Assembly (NCBI GenBank): GCA_964016885.1
Contig: OZ024745.1
Location: 78,120,001-78,184,000, forward strand
Direction of reading: 5' to 3'
DNA: 64,000 bases
Origin: Eledone cirrhosa
Taxonomy: Eukaryota
The position numbers were made by a program, and so were the translations under genes. Below are positions 42,928 through 56,986 of the stretch, piece by piece (position 1 is the first letter of the stretch; every line of letters begins with the position of its first letter). The notes below the pieces were generated by a model that saw nothing but the letters and a program-made list of their open reading frames with translations, did no database searches and was not told the origin of the DNA.

Positions 42928-44260
42928 GATCGAAAGACGCACGATGGTGGTGGTGTTGCCGACGGTGTTGAGTGATGGCGGTGGTGATCGAAAGACGCAT
43001 GATGGTGGTGGCGTTGCCGACGGTGTTGAGTGATGGCGGTGGTGATCGAAAGACGCATGATGGTGGTGGCGTTGCCGACGGTGTTGAGTGATGGCGGTGG
43101 TGATCGAAAGACGCATGATGGTGGTGGCGTTGCCGACGGTGTGGAGTGCTGGCGGTGGTGATCGAAAGACGCATGATGGTGGTGGCGTTGCCGACGGTGT
43201 TGAGTGATGGCGGTGGTGATCGAAAGACGCATGATGGTGGTGGCGTTGCCGATGGTGTGGAGTGCTGGCGGTGGTGATCGAAAGACGCATGATGGTGGTG
43301 GCGTTGCCGACGGTGTGGAGTGCTGGCGGTGGTGATCGAAAGACGCATGATGGTGGTGGCGTTGCCGATGGTGTGGAGTGATGGCGGTGGTGATCGAAAG
43401 ACGCATGATGGTGGTGGCGTTGCCGACGGTGTGGAGTGATGGCGGTGGTGATCGAAAGACGCATGATGGTGGTGGCGTTGCCGATGGTGTGGAGTGATGG
43501 CGGTGGTGATCGAAAGACGCATGATGGTGGTGGCGTTGCCGACGGTGTGGAGTGATGGCGGTGGTGATCGAAAGACGCATGATGGTGGTGGCGTTGCCGA
43601 CGGTGTGGAGTGCTGGCGGTGGTGATCGAAAGACGCATGATGGTGGTGGTGTTGCCGATGGTGTGGAGTGATGGCGGTGGTGATCGAAAGACGCATGATG
43701 GTGGTGGCGTTGCCGACGGTGTGGAGTGCTGGCGGTGGTGATCGAAAGACGCATGATGGTGGTGGTGTTGCCGATGGTGTGGAGTGATGGCGGTGGTGAT
43801 CGAAAGACGCATGATGGTGGTGGCGTTGCCGACGGTGTGGAGTGATGGCGGTGGTGATCGAAAGACGCATGATGGTGGTGGCGTTGCCGACGGTGTGGAG
43901 TGCTGGCGGTGGTGATCGAAAGACGCATGATGGTGGTGGTGTTGCCGACGATGTGCGGGGGGGGGTGATGACGGTGGTGATCGAAAGACGCATGGTGGTG
44001 GTGGTGTTGCCGACGATGTGTGTATGGGGGGGGGGGCGTGATCGAAAGACGCACGAAGGTGGTGGCGTTGGCGACGATGTGTGTGTAGGGGTGGGGGTGA
44101 TGATCGAAAGACTCATGATGGTGGTGGTGTTGCCGACGGTGTGAAGGGGGGGGGGGGGGGGGGTGACGGTGGTGACCGAAAGACGCATGGTGGTGGTGTG
44201 GTGTTGGCGACGATGTAGGGTGATGGTGGTGGTGTTGGTGACGATGTGGGGGTGATGGCA
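42928..44260. repeat. 58-bp GC-rich minisatellite (~18 regular plus several degenerate units)
   Basis: Unit gatcgaaagacgcatgatggtggtggcgttgccgacggtgtggagtgatggcggtggt; starts at 42928, 42986, and so on. Confidence 0.95.
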
Positions 44261-44454
44261 CGTCAGACGGACTGGCGGTAGCGGCGGTGAAGTTGGGAAA
44301 CCTGTGTCATTGTGGTGGGGATTTGGGAAGTAGTTTTAAGTTTAGGTAATGTCATTAAGAAATGATATTAAGGTAGAACTAAAAGTAATGGTGGAGGGGT
44401 TGTGGAGGAGGTGATATGATATATATATTTGTATGGGCAGTGGTGTTATAGGGA

Positions 44455-44455
<1 letters not shown>

Positions 44456-44510
<55 letters not shown>

Positions 44511-44524
44511 ATCGTAGTAGTAGC

Positions 44525-44555
<31 letters not shown>

Positions 44556-44569
44556 ATCGTAGTAGTAGC

Positions 44570-44600
<31 letters not shown>

Positions 44601-44610
44601 ATCGTAGGAG

Positions 44611-44648
<38 letters not shown>

Positions 44649-44746
44649 ATCGTAGTAGTAGTAGTAGTAGTAATCGTAGTAGTAGTAGTAGCAGTAGTAA
44701 TCGTAGTAGTAGTAGTAGCAGTAGTAGTAGTAGTAGTAGTAGTAGT
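44456..44746. repeat. (TAG)n microsatellite with periodic TAATCG/CAG variants
   Basis: Directly visible. Confidence 0.95.
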
Positions 44747-45159
44747 ATGCCTTCTTGAATTGAACAGACATGTGATCAAGAGTGTTCCAACCGTAACCAT
44801 TCCGTTATTTCGTTTCTTTTTTATTTGTTATCAGACTCTATCCAGAAATACATAATCCAACGTCTTTTTCCTATTGTTTATAAATAGTAGCATGAGATTC
44901 GAAAGGTATTTGGCTGCAATTTCCTGCAGGGTGAGCAACTGCGTAGAAGCATCTTCATTGAACCAACGAGAAACTTTTGTACTCTGGATGGTAGTAATGA
45001 AAGCATGTTGAGCAGAAGGATGAGGGGTGGTCAGAGGTGGTAGAGAACATGGTAATAGTATATATGTAACAGAGGTGATAGTACTCTTGGTGGTTGGTTG
45101 GTGTTGGTTGGTGTTGCTGATGGCGATGTTTTTCATTGTGATGATATTTGTATTAATGA

Positions 45160-45795
45160 GGGTGGTGATAGTGGTGGTGGTGGTGATGATGGTAGTCGTC
45201 GTGGCGGTGGTGGTGGAGGTGGTGGTGGTCGTGGTAGTAGTCATGGCGGTGATGGTGGTGGTGGTAGTCGTGGTGGTAGTGGTGGTGGTGGTCATAGTAG
45301 TCGTCGTGGCGGCGCCGATGGTGGTGATAGTGGTAGTGGTGGTGGTGGTAGTCGTCGTGGCGGCGCCGGTGGTGGTGATAGTGGTAGTGGTGGTGGTGGT
45401 AGTCGTCGTGGCGGCGCCGGTGGTGGTGATAGTGGTAGTGGTGGTGGTGGTGGTAGTCGTCGTGGCGGCGCCGGTGGTGGCGATGGCTGGGAGTGGTGGT
45501 GGTGGTAGTCGTCGTGGCGGCGCCGGTGGTGGTGATAGTGGTAGTGGTGGTGGTGGTGGTAGTCGTCGTGGCGCCGCCGGTGGTGGTGATGGTGGTAGTC
45601 GTCGTGGCGCCGCCGGTGGTGGTGATAGTGGTAGTGGTGGTGGTGGTGGTAGTCGTCGTGGCGCCGCCGGTGGTGGCGATGGCTGGGAGTGGTGGTGGTG
45701 GTAGTCGTCGTGGCGGCGCCGGTGGTGGTGATAGTGGTAGTGGTGGTGGTGGTGGTAGTCGTCGTGGCGCCGCCGGTGGTGGCGATGGCTGGGAG
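45160..45795. repeat. (TGG)n-derived higher-order repeat
   Basis: Recurrent tagtcgtcgtggcggcgccggtggtggtgatagtgg and gcgatggctgggagt modules. Confidence 0.9.
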
Positions 45796-46384
45796 TGAGA
45801 TCGGAAAGTCGTTCTGGTTGACCTAATACTAGCATTAGCAGTCGTTGCAATAGTGAAAGTGGTAGAGCTTAACCCCGAAGTCCAGCAGACCTATGATCAG
45901 AGACATTCTAGCTGTGACAATACTGTCTTAGAATTGTGTAGAATTGCTAGACGCAATGTCTTTTGCCCTTGTCTAAGACGGGTGTGTGTAATTTGAGGGA
46001 AATTTCCTACTATGTCTAGTAAGTTGAGTGGTTTCGTAGTGACTGGTTTCAGTAGCGTTGGTGGTAATAGCTGTGGTGTGGGTGGTTGAGTTACAGGTGG
46101 CAATAAGTTGTAACGGTGTAAGGGACAGTGGCAGGGGAATGCATTGCTAATGTGCTAATGACACAGATGGGAAAGGGTGACTGCGTGTGGGAGAAGGCTG
46201 CGTATCTGTGTCAGTGTGTGTATGTGAGTTTGCGTTTGTGTGTAAAAAGATATGAATAATCTGTTGATGCCTCTCATGCTCTGTTGAGATCACCCCTATT
46301 CGGATTAGTAGCCAACATCCGGTGCAAGTGTTAAGGTTATGGGCCGTTCCTCCACATCACACATTCACAACTAAATGCACAAGC

Positions 46385-46418
<34 letters not shown>

Positions 46419-46682
46419 TTATATTTATATATATAACCAGCTACAACAGTGTATTTCGCAAATACTTAAATTGTTGCGTTTAACATCAACTCATTCAGTT
46501 TGCCATAATGTTATATGCATGTGTGTATGTGAGTGTGTGTGTGCGTGTGCGTGTGTGTGCGTGTGTGTGTGTGCGCGCGCGCGCGTGTGTGTATGTATGT
46601 GCATATGTATACATATATATATTATACATATATATATATATACATATACATACATATATATATATATACATATATACATATG

Positions 46683-46714
<32 letters not shown>

Positions 46715-47082
46715 TACTTCACGTTAAAAAAAACAAGTAAAGAGAGGGCGGCCTCATTCTCTGTGTGTTTCCGTAGTCTAGCACTGGGAGAGTGGTAGTC
46801 GCAGTCAACCCATTCAATTGGCTCACTCAACAAAACTTAAAGCAGAAAACAGTAAGGAGCACTTAGCAGAGACCTGCAGTTCTGTGCTCCGCTAGTAAAC
46901 CCAGCGGCTGCCTTTTCTCTTGGATATTTTACCTATTTATTTATTTCCATTACTTTCTTTCTTTTTCATCTAGCTTTCTATCTCTTCTTTGATCCATCTC
47001 TCTCTCTCTCGTTTCCCCATCCGTCCATCACTTCGTAAACCGATTTGTCTGCGAGTCCATCTGTCAAATCAGTTACCTATCG

Positions 47083-47140
<58 letters not shown>

Positions 47141-47368
47141 TATATTTCTATCTAGCTATCTGTCTGTCTATCTATCTATTTATCTATTGATCCCATGTTA
47201 ATTGATCTGTGTGGCATGTCCGAAGAAATATCAGTAAGATGATAGAGCTAAGAAGCCGGACTTTACCGTTGCTGCCTTCGTCCAGATGGATTTTAATATG
47301 TCTCTTCTACCTGTCACGTAAGTCCTCATCCATATTATGATAAATGCACACGGTCCCAGACCCAAATG

Positions 47369-47408
<40 letters not shown>

Positions 47409-47615
47409 TACATACACACACACATACATACACACACAAACACACACAAACATACATACATACACACACACACATACACACATACATACACACACACATA
47501 CACACACACACACACACACATACACACACACACATACATACACACACACACACACACACAAACATACATACACACACATACACACACACACACACACATA
47601 CACACACACACACAT

Positions 47616-47652
<37 letters not shown>

Positions 47653-47746
47653 CATACTGTAGTCACACCTGTGTAATAATATTTAGGGTTCTTAAATTCG
47701 GATCTAAAAGTCTGGTTATTTAATTCTCTCTCTCTCTCTCTCTCTC

Positions 47747-47820
<74 letters not shown>

Positions 47821-48195
47821 TACATATATATATGTATATATATATGTGTGTGTGTGTGTGTGGATAGTCGCATGTCAATTAAAACATGCCCACATTTTTT
47901 CTCTCTTAGATTCCTCCACGCTAACACAAACTACACCCTCTGCAACTGGATCTATGTTAGTTCCTATGGAAAAACCCGAATATATCTTTTTAATGATTAC
48001 AATGATGTTTACGTACCAAATTATCTTCGATATAACAATTACCTGATGCTAATTTACAAAGATAATCCAAACTTCTCTTTCTAAGTTAATAAAAATAAAC
48101 TAGACGTCCGTATGTAACTTATTAGCAAAGGTAAAATAGGCGTCCGTATGTAACTTTATAAACACAAATTAATCAAACTACATTCCTCCACATAT

Positions 48196-48235
<40 letters not shown>

Positions 48236-48719
48236 GCTCACTTAACCTTCTCTTAATTTCAAACGTATAACTTAGATAAAAAATATAAGAAATTATTTTA
48301 ATGTAGGCTGACCTTTAATACAAACTAGAAAAATAGTTAAATAGAGACAGATGGAATAGTAAGAGGAAGAAAAAAAAAATAATAAGTCAGACTGAAAGAA
48401 TAAGAGAGAGAGAAAAAAAAAGACAGCTGAGAAAGTACAATAAACTAGTGCCATGCAGGTAAAGAAGCAGTCATTCGTGTGGAGCACATTCATATAGGCA
48501 GTATACTAATGTACCATGGAATAAGAAGTTGTGTAGATATTTAAGGGGCTTCTCTTAACTTTATATATATATGTGTGTGTGTGTGTGTGTGAGTGAGTGA
48601 AGGTATATATGTATATTCATACATATACACATGACTATCTAAAAATACATTTGTTTATATGAAATCCTCCTGGAATGCCTGAATGATATGGATATACACT
48701 GACTGCCGATGTGCTTGCA

Positions 48720-48750
<31 letters not shown>

Positions 48751-48761
48751 CAACTCCTTCG

Positions 48762-48792
<31 letters not shown>

Positions 48793-48795
<3 letters not shown>

Positions 48796-48986
48796 CGAAG
48801 GAGTTGTGGTAAGGGACCAGATGGACCATAACGCACCAGAGTACTCAATACTTAGGGTAGTAGAGTGGGTAATAGGAAAATGTATGACCCCGACGGCAGA
48901 GCTCAAGCCGTTTCGACGGCTATTTCTGAGTCCAGAAATAGCCGTCAAAACGGCTTGAGCTCTGCCGTCGAGGTCCTACATTTTCA
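48793..48986. mobile_element. Half-hammerhead hairpin repeat, third copy
   Basis: Hairpin about 48876-48985 centred on gacggctatttctg(agtc)cagaaatagccgtc. Confidence 0.75.
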
Positions 48987-49083
48987 TATATATATATATA
49001 TATACAACCATAAAACATCGCGCGCGCACATACACACATACAAATATATATAAATATATTCATGCATATGTATATTAGTATAT

Positions 49084-49211
<128 letters not shown>

Positions 49212-49231
49212 GTTACAACAATGACATATAC

Positions 49232-49343
49232 AGGTATATAAGTTCCGTTGGGTTATGCACCCTAAATGATTCAGCCTGTTATTTTTACTTTTATAACATG
49301 CTACTTGAGTTGGGGTGCATAACCCAACGGAACCTAAGTACCT
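49232..49343. mobile_element. Small MITE-like inverted repeat
   Basis: gttccgttgggttatgcaccc (49242) / gggtgcataacccaacggaac (to 49333). Confidence 0.6.
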
Positions 49344-49419
49344 AACTCATCCTATGGACTGATGGCTCTTGGATATTTCTAACAAACCTTTACTAAAGTA
49401 TATATATATATAGTATAAA

Positions 49420-49465
<46 letters not shown>

Positions 49466-49524
49466 CAAGGCTCTGATACCATCAACACTATAAACACAGA
49501 GCTGGCATATCTAAGAACTGACTA

Positions 49525-49580
49525 ACTGCCTGATGAGGTCATAGCCATTCAATGGCTATCATCGAAATATATATAGCAGT
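49525..49580 (+). ncRNA. Type-I hammerhead ribozyme motif, best-preserved copy
   Basis: actgc-CTGATGA-ggtcatagccat(tca)atggctatcatc-GAAA-tatata-TA-gcagt; G10.1-C11.1 pair, palindromic stem III, triplet AUA, AATAAA directly after. Confidence 0.82.
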
Positions 49581-49823
49581 AAATAAAGGATTATGAGTTC
49601 ATGCAATTGACATATGTTTCGTCACTATATATATATATATATATTCTATTTCTATTCTAAGGCGGGTAAAATTCCCGAAATCCATGGACGAGTTCTCTCC
49701 AGCGGTCTCTGTCCCTCATTATCGCTGCCATGTCCTGCGTCTCCAATAGACCAGTGTTTGTCCTTAGGACATCAACATACGTTAACCTTGGTCTTCCTCT
49801 TCTAGTGTGTCCATGTAGGGGCT

Positions 49824-49864
<41 letters not shown>

Positions 49865-49990
49865 TGGTAAATTTATAAAACACCTCACTCGATTTCAATA
49901 GGAAAAAAATGTTTGTTTTTTTTTTGGGGGGGGGGTCGTGTGCTATCAAATAATCTAAACTCCAAGATTCTGAATATAGACATTTTTGCA

Positions 49991-50555
49991 GGAGATCGGA
50001 GGGGAGAGGTTCTCCTCCCTCGGATAACATCCCCCTCTTCGAAGTTTTCCTTACAATTTTTTTTTTTTTTTTTTTTTGTCGCGTGTTATCAATGAGTAGG
50101 ACCTCGAAAGCAATTAGAGACGACTAGATTTGTAGACAAAATAGGGTAAAATGGTGCGAAAAGACCATCGGAGTTTCACAGATCTACACACCTCTCACGT
50201 TTGGTGGGAAATAATTATCTTTTCTTGTTTGTGTGTGTGTGTGTTGTTGTTTTTTACCTCTTGAATGCTAGCAATCGACTTTGTTTCCCGGAAAACGGAA
50301 ACCCTAGCACTAAAACTAACCATGAACCTAATCTAAACCTTAACCCTGACCCTAACCCTAGTACAGGAAAACATCTAAGACGTCCAGAGAAAAACGAGGA
50401 AAGTTAATTATTTCCCACCAAACATGAGAGGTGTGTAGATCAGCGAAACTACGGTTTGGTGGTCATATTCGGTGATAACACGCAAAAAATAAAACCGTAA
50501 GGAAAACTCCGAGGAGGGGCTTGGGTTATCCGACGGGGTACCATCTCCGTTCTCC
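49991..50555. mobile_element. Non-autonomous inverted-repeat element with central telomere-like repeats
   Basis: Imperfect arms of about 150-230 bp (e.g. agatctacacacctctcacgtttggtgggaaataatta mirrored at 50405-50441); centre aaaccttaaccctgaccctaacccta. Confidence 0.75.
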
Positions 50556-50920
50556 GGGTAAAAACTAGATTGTCAGTATTCTGGCGATTAAATTAGTTGG
50601 TAGCATACGAAAATAACGTGGAAAATATGTTTTTCCCCTACTGAAATCGCGAGGCGGGTGTTCTATAAAAATACCGTATATATATACACATATATATATA
50701 TGAGTGTATGTGTGTGTGTGTGTATAGGTATGTATGTGTGTGAGTCCCGGATTCAATCGGGGGTAACCACAGTAATTAAGGTACCCAATACATTAGTAGG
50801 GGGTAAACATAATGTTAAATATAAAAAAGGCTTCTACCGGACTAGAACTGCTTTATTCAAAAGAAATGCTTTTTTAATTAAACATTTCAGTCCTGTAGAA
50901 ATCATTCCTATATTAAATAT

Positions 50921-50951
<31 letters not shown>

Positions 50952-51010
50952 TGCTAACAAAAGTTTATTGGACCGTATGACACAACCAATAATACACCTT
51001 ACTATATAAC

Positions 51011-51046
<36 letters not shown>

Positions 51047-51052
<6 letters not shown>

Positions 51053-51240
51053 ACTAGAAATTGATTGACATATATATATATTTAAAATAAACACATGAAA
51101 CAAGTAATATTTGAAGATCTAGTTAAACTTTAACTAGTTACCTACCTAGCTGTGTGTATTTACACACTTTACAAGTTATCCCGTGTGATTGTTTCATGTG
51201 TTTATTTTAAATATATTAGTTTAAATTTCTAGTTGATATA
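51047..51240. repeat. Imperfect hairpin next to (TA)n
   Basis: atatcaactagaaatt...tttaaaataaacacatgaaacaa mirrored at 51189-51239. Confidence 0.7.
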
Positions 51241-51959
51241 AAATGCTTGGATCTATTCATTGGAATCTTTGAGCTTATTCTACAGTGGATATGGCGCATG
51301 TCTCGGACATGACTCCTTCAATTTAATTTAATATATATATATATGTGAAGGTAATATCTGAATACACAGTTCTTTGAGAGAGAATAAATTTGTATATTTT
51401 ACTCAACATTTTGTATAAAATTTTTGGGTTGATAATGTTTCAATTGGCGTTAACAAAATTCCAAATTAGAAGACAAAAGACTATATCTAAAAGTAGTGTG
51501 TTGGGGAGTAAAATTCAGAATCAATAATACTGATATAATGATAATTTCACCCAATTTTTTAGGAAATAAAGACAATGCATTTAATGATCGTCAATCCATC
51601 ATTTTCATTGTTTTTGTTATTGTTGAGTCACCTGAACATGGTACGCAATCATAGAAACGTGTGCTGATCGCATGGTCTTTCAATTTGTAATTTCGTAAAT
51701 ACCATTCTGTATTCTGTATGGGGTATACTGAGTTATAATTTTAGGCATTTAAATAATGTGGGGCCTCAATTTAAGATATGAGGGAACTAATTACATGCAT
51801 CAACGAGTATCAAGTAACGATGTATGAAAACTACAAAACTCGGCTGTAGCTACTGCATCGTATAGAGTGTTCTTTTTAAAAAGAGACTGTACCATGCTTG
51901 GAGAAGTCATAAGTTGAAATAGCCCGAGCTTGCAGTCGGACCTCTACCTCTTTAATATA

Positions 51960-52005
<46 letters not shown>

Positions 52006-52123
52006 CGGGATCCTCAGTTTCAGAAGATCCTGTAATAGGGTAACAGCAGAAATTCTTTGCTTAAACTTTAATCTGTACTAATAATAGATATTTGCTTTGC
52101 GGATTTATATATACTTTGTTATA

Positions 52124-52219
52124 CAGGGTGTCCCAAAAAATTTGACATCATTGAGCTAGACTTATTAGTTTTCGAGATATTTTCTTTTAAAATGATGTCA
52201 AATTTTTGGGGACACCCTG
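52124..52219. mobile_element. 96-bp Tc1/mariner-type MITE
   Basis: TIRs cagggtgtcccaaaaaatttgacatcatt / aatgatgtcaaatttttggggacaccctg with a TA target duplication. Confidence 0.88.
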
Positions 52220-53311
52220 TATATACAATCCTTATCGAGCCCTCTTCGGATTTTGGTCTTCGTAATTATTATTAATATATATATATGTGTGTGTGTGTGT
52301 GTGTCTGTGTGTGTGTGTGTGCGTGTGCGTGTATGTGTGTATATACCCGAATACAAATACACGTTTGATTCTAAAAGCATTTGTTTGCATATGATTTTGT
52401 CTACCTCTGCGTTATGCCTGTTCCAATAACGTATGTGTGTGGGGGAGTGTATAGTAAACAATGATTGATTGTTCTATGGCAAAGGAAGTGAGCTGGAGGA
52501 AACTTAGAGCAAACCTAGAAAAATCTGTTCATTCAAAATGTTAGCTCTCACATTCACCACAAAACGAAAACGTAGTAATTCTAAAATTATTTTCTCATAA
52601 TCATGCATAGAAAATATAATTGATTCTAATTTATGCACTCCATTATTCATCTTCCAATAATATATACATATATAAGTACACATACATGTATGTGTATATA
52701 TTTATATGTATTACAAACTTTATATATACTGTATATATATGCGTGTGTGTGTCTATGTATATTTGTGTGCTTGTAGTGTTTTCATGAATAAAGTAGGCAG
52801 AGTCACACATCCGAACCAAGGTTGTGTTCAAGCGACTTTCTTGTCGAATATAAATATCAAGGTATAATTCTGTATTGTTTAAGTTCTCATCAGCAAAGGC
52901 AGATACCTCAACCTCAATACGTCAATTGCTGTGCCAACGGTGACTTATGTTTGCGGAACATAAATAAAGACCTGTAAAATTTACAGAACTGCAGAGGACT
53001 CCATAAACGTTACCTTTGGACCATAGTTCAGGCTTATTAGCGCGATCACATCACATATAAAGATGTCAGGGAAAAGCCTAGATAAGTAATATACGGGCTG
53101 TCATCACCGTACGATGGCAAAAGATGTTTGGAAACGTGTTATGTATATCCACGAAAAGATCAGTGAGAGCTTCCCTGAATTGGAAGGCAGAAGAGGGCGT
53201 AGGATGCAAGGCAGACACATAAAGACCTGGGTAGGGTCTATGGAGAAAGATCTTGTAAACATCGTGACATGGATTGCGTGAGGTACAGGGAACTCATGGT
53301 CTCTTTCATAT

Positions 53312-53350
<39 letters not shown>

Positions 53351-53484
53351 ATATATATAGGTATATATGCATATACATGTGCATATGTGTGTGTGGGTGT
53401 GTCTGTGTCTGTCGGTGTGTGTGTGGGTGTGTCTGTGTCTGTCGGTGTGTATGTGTGTGTGTGTGTGTGTGTCTGTGTGTATGT

Positions 53485-53541
<57 letters not shown>

Positions 53542-54737
53542 TGTGGTGTGTGTGTGTGTGTGTGTGTCTGTGGTGTGTGTGTGTGTGTATGTGTGTGTGG
53601 TGTCTGTGTGTGTGTGTGTGTGTGTAAACAGTTTATCTAATGCCAAAACATCCCTTGCGGGAAATACAAGCTAGATAAAGTAATATTAGAAAGATACCAG
53701 CAAACATTTCTAATATTAGTTTGTCTGGCTGGTACTCCCACAATGTATGTTTTAGTATCAGATAAACCATATTTAGATGCTTCTCTGATTCTCTGATTTG
53801 ATGTGTATCTTTTCGTTGAGATGTCCAAGTATATTAGTGACAAATAACTTTCAAGATTTTCAACGGTTAAGAGAGTTAGAGAGAGGTTGACTACGCTGTC
53901 GTATAACCCACATCTAATTGGTGTTGGGACATTCTTTCAGTTTTAGACAAAGAAGTCGCTCGGATTACTATATATTTGAAGTACAATTTGATAGATTGAA
54001 GAAAACTACGTGATTAGGCATCGATTTTGTGATAATGATTTTGTGACAAAAATCAAGTGTCGGGATTCTTTCAGTTTTATGCAAAAAAGTGTCTCAAATT
54101 ACTATTTGTTTAAAATAATTTAATTTAATAATTTGATTTGATAGACTGAGGCTGATCATGTGAGTAAGCATCGAATTCGGTGGGACTTTGCCAAAAAACA
54201 GGGGTGCCGTCAGTTAATGAATATGGACAGTGGCAACCGTAAATGGAAATCATGTCTGTTTTCCGTGTGTTCAGTAGTCAAGGGAAGTTGGTATTGTCAT
54301 TGTGGCTATTTCAAAAGTACATGAATGTTGTTTGTGTGTGTTGAACTAGTTTTTTGTTTCATCCTATGTCCGCATATATATATATATATATATACATATT
54401 TTTGGTGGACCGAGAGATTTCTAGTCATCGTTAAGACATCTCTCTAGGAGAAGGTCATTCTGATATAAAACCTGCGACTTCGTTTGCATCCAATGATGTA
54501 GACCAGTTCTACTTTTGGGGTAAGTTCAGAGAGTGGGATTGGCCCCGTGTAAAGCCTTTTCTCACTTAAAAATGCTTCAAGCACAGGCATCGCTTGATAT
54601 GTGACATTTATTGCGATGCATGGCATTGCTGGCCACAGGCAAGTCCGTATGAGGATTAAAAAAAAGTCACGTCTGTGAACTCATGCTTAAGTATCAAGCA
54701 ATGGCATTACTCGAAATTCGAGTTGCAGTCATCATGC

Positions 54738-54838
<101 letters not shown>

Positions 54839-56824
54839 TGTGTGTCTGTGTGTCTGTGTGTCTGTGTGTGTGTGTGTGTTTGTCTGTGTGCGTGCGCGCG
54901 CACATGTATTTTGGTCTGTATGTATATATATATATATATATATCCGCCAACGCTCATGTATTATGTTAATTAAGAGCTAGAGAATCCAATTGACTTAGAA
55001 TTGAATTAGGGATTTGTAATCGCGATACAAAATGTCATCTTGCCAATGTATCGTTAATGCATAACAATTCCTATGCTTGTTTTAACAAACTACTAATTTC
55101 GCCTTTTTTCTTTCTCTCTTTTACAAAATGACGTACGAAACCTATTTACATGACACCGTAATGACTAACCCTAATAAAAAAACCGCATCGTAGACTTGTC
55201 TTTATGTAATCCTGCCTGAAATCGCAACCTCACATTAATTATATCATGCTAGTAATTCGAAAGATGTCTATCACTTTATTTTGTTTCTGGTCGACATACG
55301 TGTTTAACGACTTGGTTTCCTGATTTCCAGCAGAAAGCTGTAAAGAGGTGGGTTACGCCTTGCTGAGAATATCATTTAGCATATCAGCGTTTATGTTTTT
55401 GTTGTTTTAGTTGTGCTTTACTTTTTGGTTTACATTTGATCATTGAAATAATTACACTCTTTTGTATGTGATATACTATATATTTTCTCGTGTTTACAAT
55501 TGTAAATTTGGACATGAATCATGTATTTAATCTCTTGAATAATGCTCCTAAATGTTGTAAAGGAAGTATTACAGTAGAAGGTAGAGAAATTGGGAATTTC
55601 CGTTTTGCTTATTATTATCATTCAATACAATATAATTAAGGAGAACGAAAAGATCTAACAATAGGTATTGGTACAATTTCAACAAAATTGGAATGGAAAT
55701 ATATGCTGGAAAACAAAAGCAAATTAAAAATAACTTTTAAAACATAAAAAAGCTAGTCCAATGGAGCTAAAAAAACTGATAGGTGTAAATATTTGAGGAA
55801 GAAAAACGAATGACAGAAAATATATCAAAGTCAGAAGTAAAATGAGGAGCTTTAACAAAATTAGACCCTGCTTGGAAAAATAAAAAATATTGTAATAAAG
55901 AAGCAAAAATAATTTCCATTGTGCTGCTTAATGAAAATCATTGGCGTTAGTTATTGAAAGGGGGGAAAAGATCGTGACTTGAAATGAAATATTTTAGTAA
56001 GATCATTCACATACCAGAGTTTTATAAAGGAAATTGTTGGGAAAACTGCAAATTATAAAACCCCTCTGTCAATTGTTAAAATGTAAAAAGGGAAGTGGTT
56101 CGGTTATGTAACACGACGCCATAAACGTTACTTCTGACGAAAATGGTCATGCACTAACAAAACCATAGTAAACGAGATAAAGGAAAACAACAAAATCGTG
56201 TTTGTGCATCAAGAAATGGACTGTGGCGAGAGAGGAGAGACACTCCAGTTAATTAGGTATAAAACGAAACTTATATTTATTGTCATGTAATTATGTGTAT
56301 ATTTAAAATGGTTGTGGAGAAGCAGAAAAAGGCAGTGTGTCGGATTACATGTCTTAGAATATTTAGTTGCAGTCATTTTGCTTTGAATACAAATCCTACC
56401 AGATATACTTTGCCTCTTCATCCTCTACGCATTTGCAAAATGTTCTGGTGCATGTTTTTATTCATGTATATACAACACCATGATTTAATCAGTAAAAACA
56501 ATAACATGAAGTCATACTTGCCAGCTGATATTTCACACCAATTCTCTTTCTTGCACTGTCCCACACGGAGATTTACTGAGTTCACATGGAATCCCAGGGG
56601 TCCGTGTAATATGGTAGGAAAACATTTTGTATTAAATTAAATACTGAAGGACATTTCAGCAGTAGTAGTGTATTACCTCTAAGTTTCTAGAGGCGGGTTC
56701 CCTGCTAAGTGAAACTATTTTAAGAAACATGATGCCCATCTTTGAACATTAGTAAAGTAGGTTTTTAATTTGTCGACTGTATAAGGTATCTTGATGTTAT
56801 ATTTGACAGACAGACATAAATATT

Positions 56825-56914
56825 TGTGTCTACTTTTGGCACAAGGCCAGCAATTATCCCAGTGTATTACTGGTACTTTATTTTATCGACGCCGTAAGGA
56901 TGAAAGGCAAAGTT
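56825..56914 (-). mobile_element. SINE 3' fragment
   Basis: ctacttttggcacaaggccagcaatt...ggatgaaaggcaaagt. Confidence 0.85.
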
Positions 56915-56943
56915 GTCTGTCTATTAGAGTTATCATCGAATCA

Positions 56944-56986
<43 letters not shown>

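Noticed and set aside
42928-43950. Tandem hammerhead satellite (each unit has ...TGATGG...GAAAGAC)
   Set aside because: No CUGANGA core and no compatible stems I and III.
42761-44261. 328-475 aa His/Pro/Thr-rich ORFs, or a CRISPR-like array
   Set aside because: The 58-bp unit is not a multiple of 3 and is open in all frames; there are no unique spacers or cas genes; the context is eukaryotic.
44342-45850. Mucin-like poly-Thr and Gly-rich ORFs
   Set aside because: Derived from trinucleotide repeats, with no splice or domain support.
53926-54180. Degenerate ~110-bp tandem duplication
   Set aside because: Only two diverged copies and no further structure.
53030-54660. Possible RTE C-terminal (53030-53290) and Tc1 (54470-54660) remnants
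   Set aside because: Motifs too decayed to call by eye.
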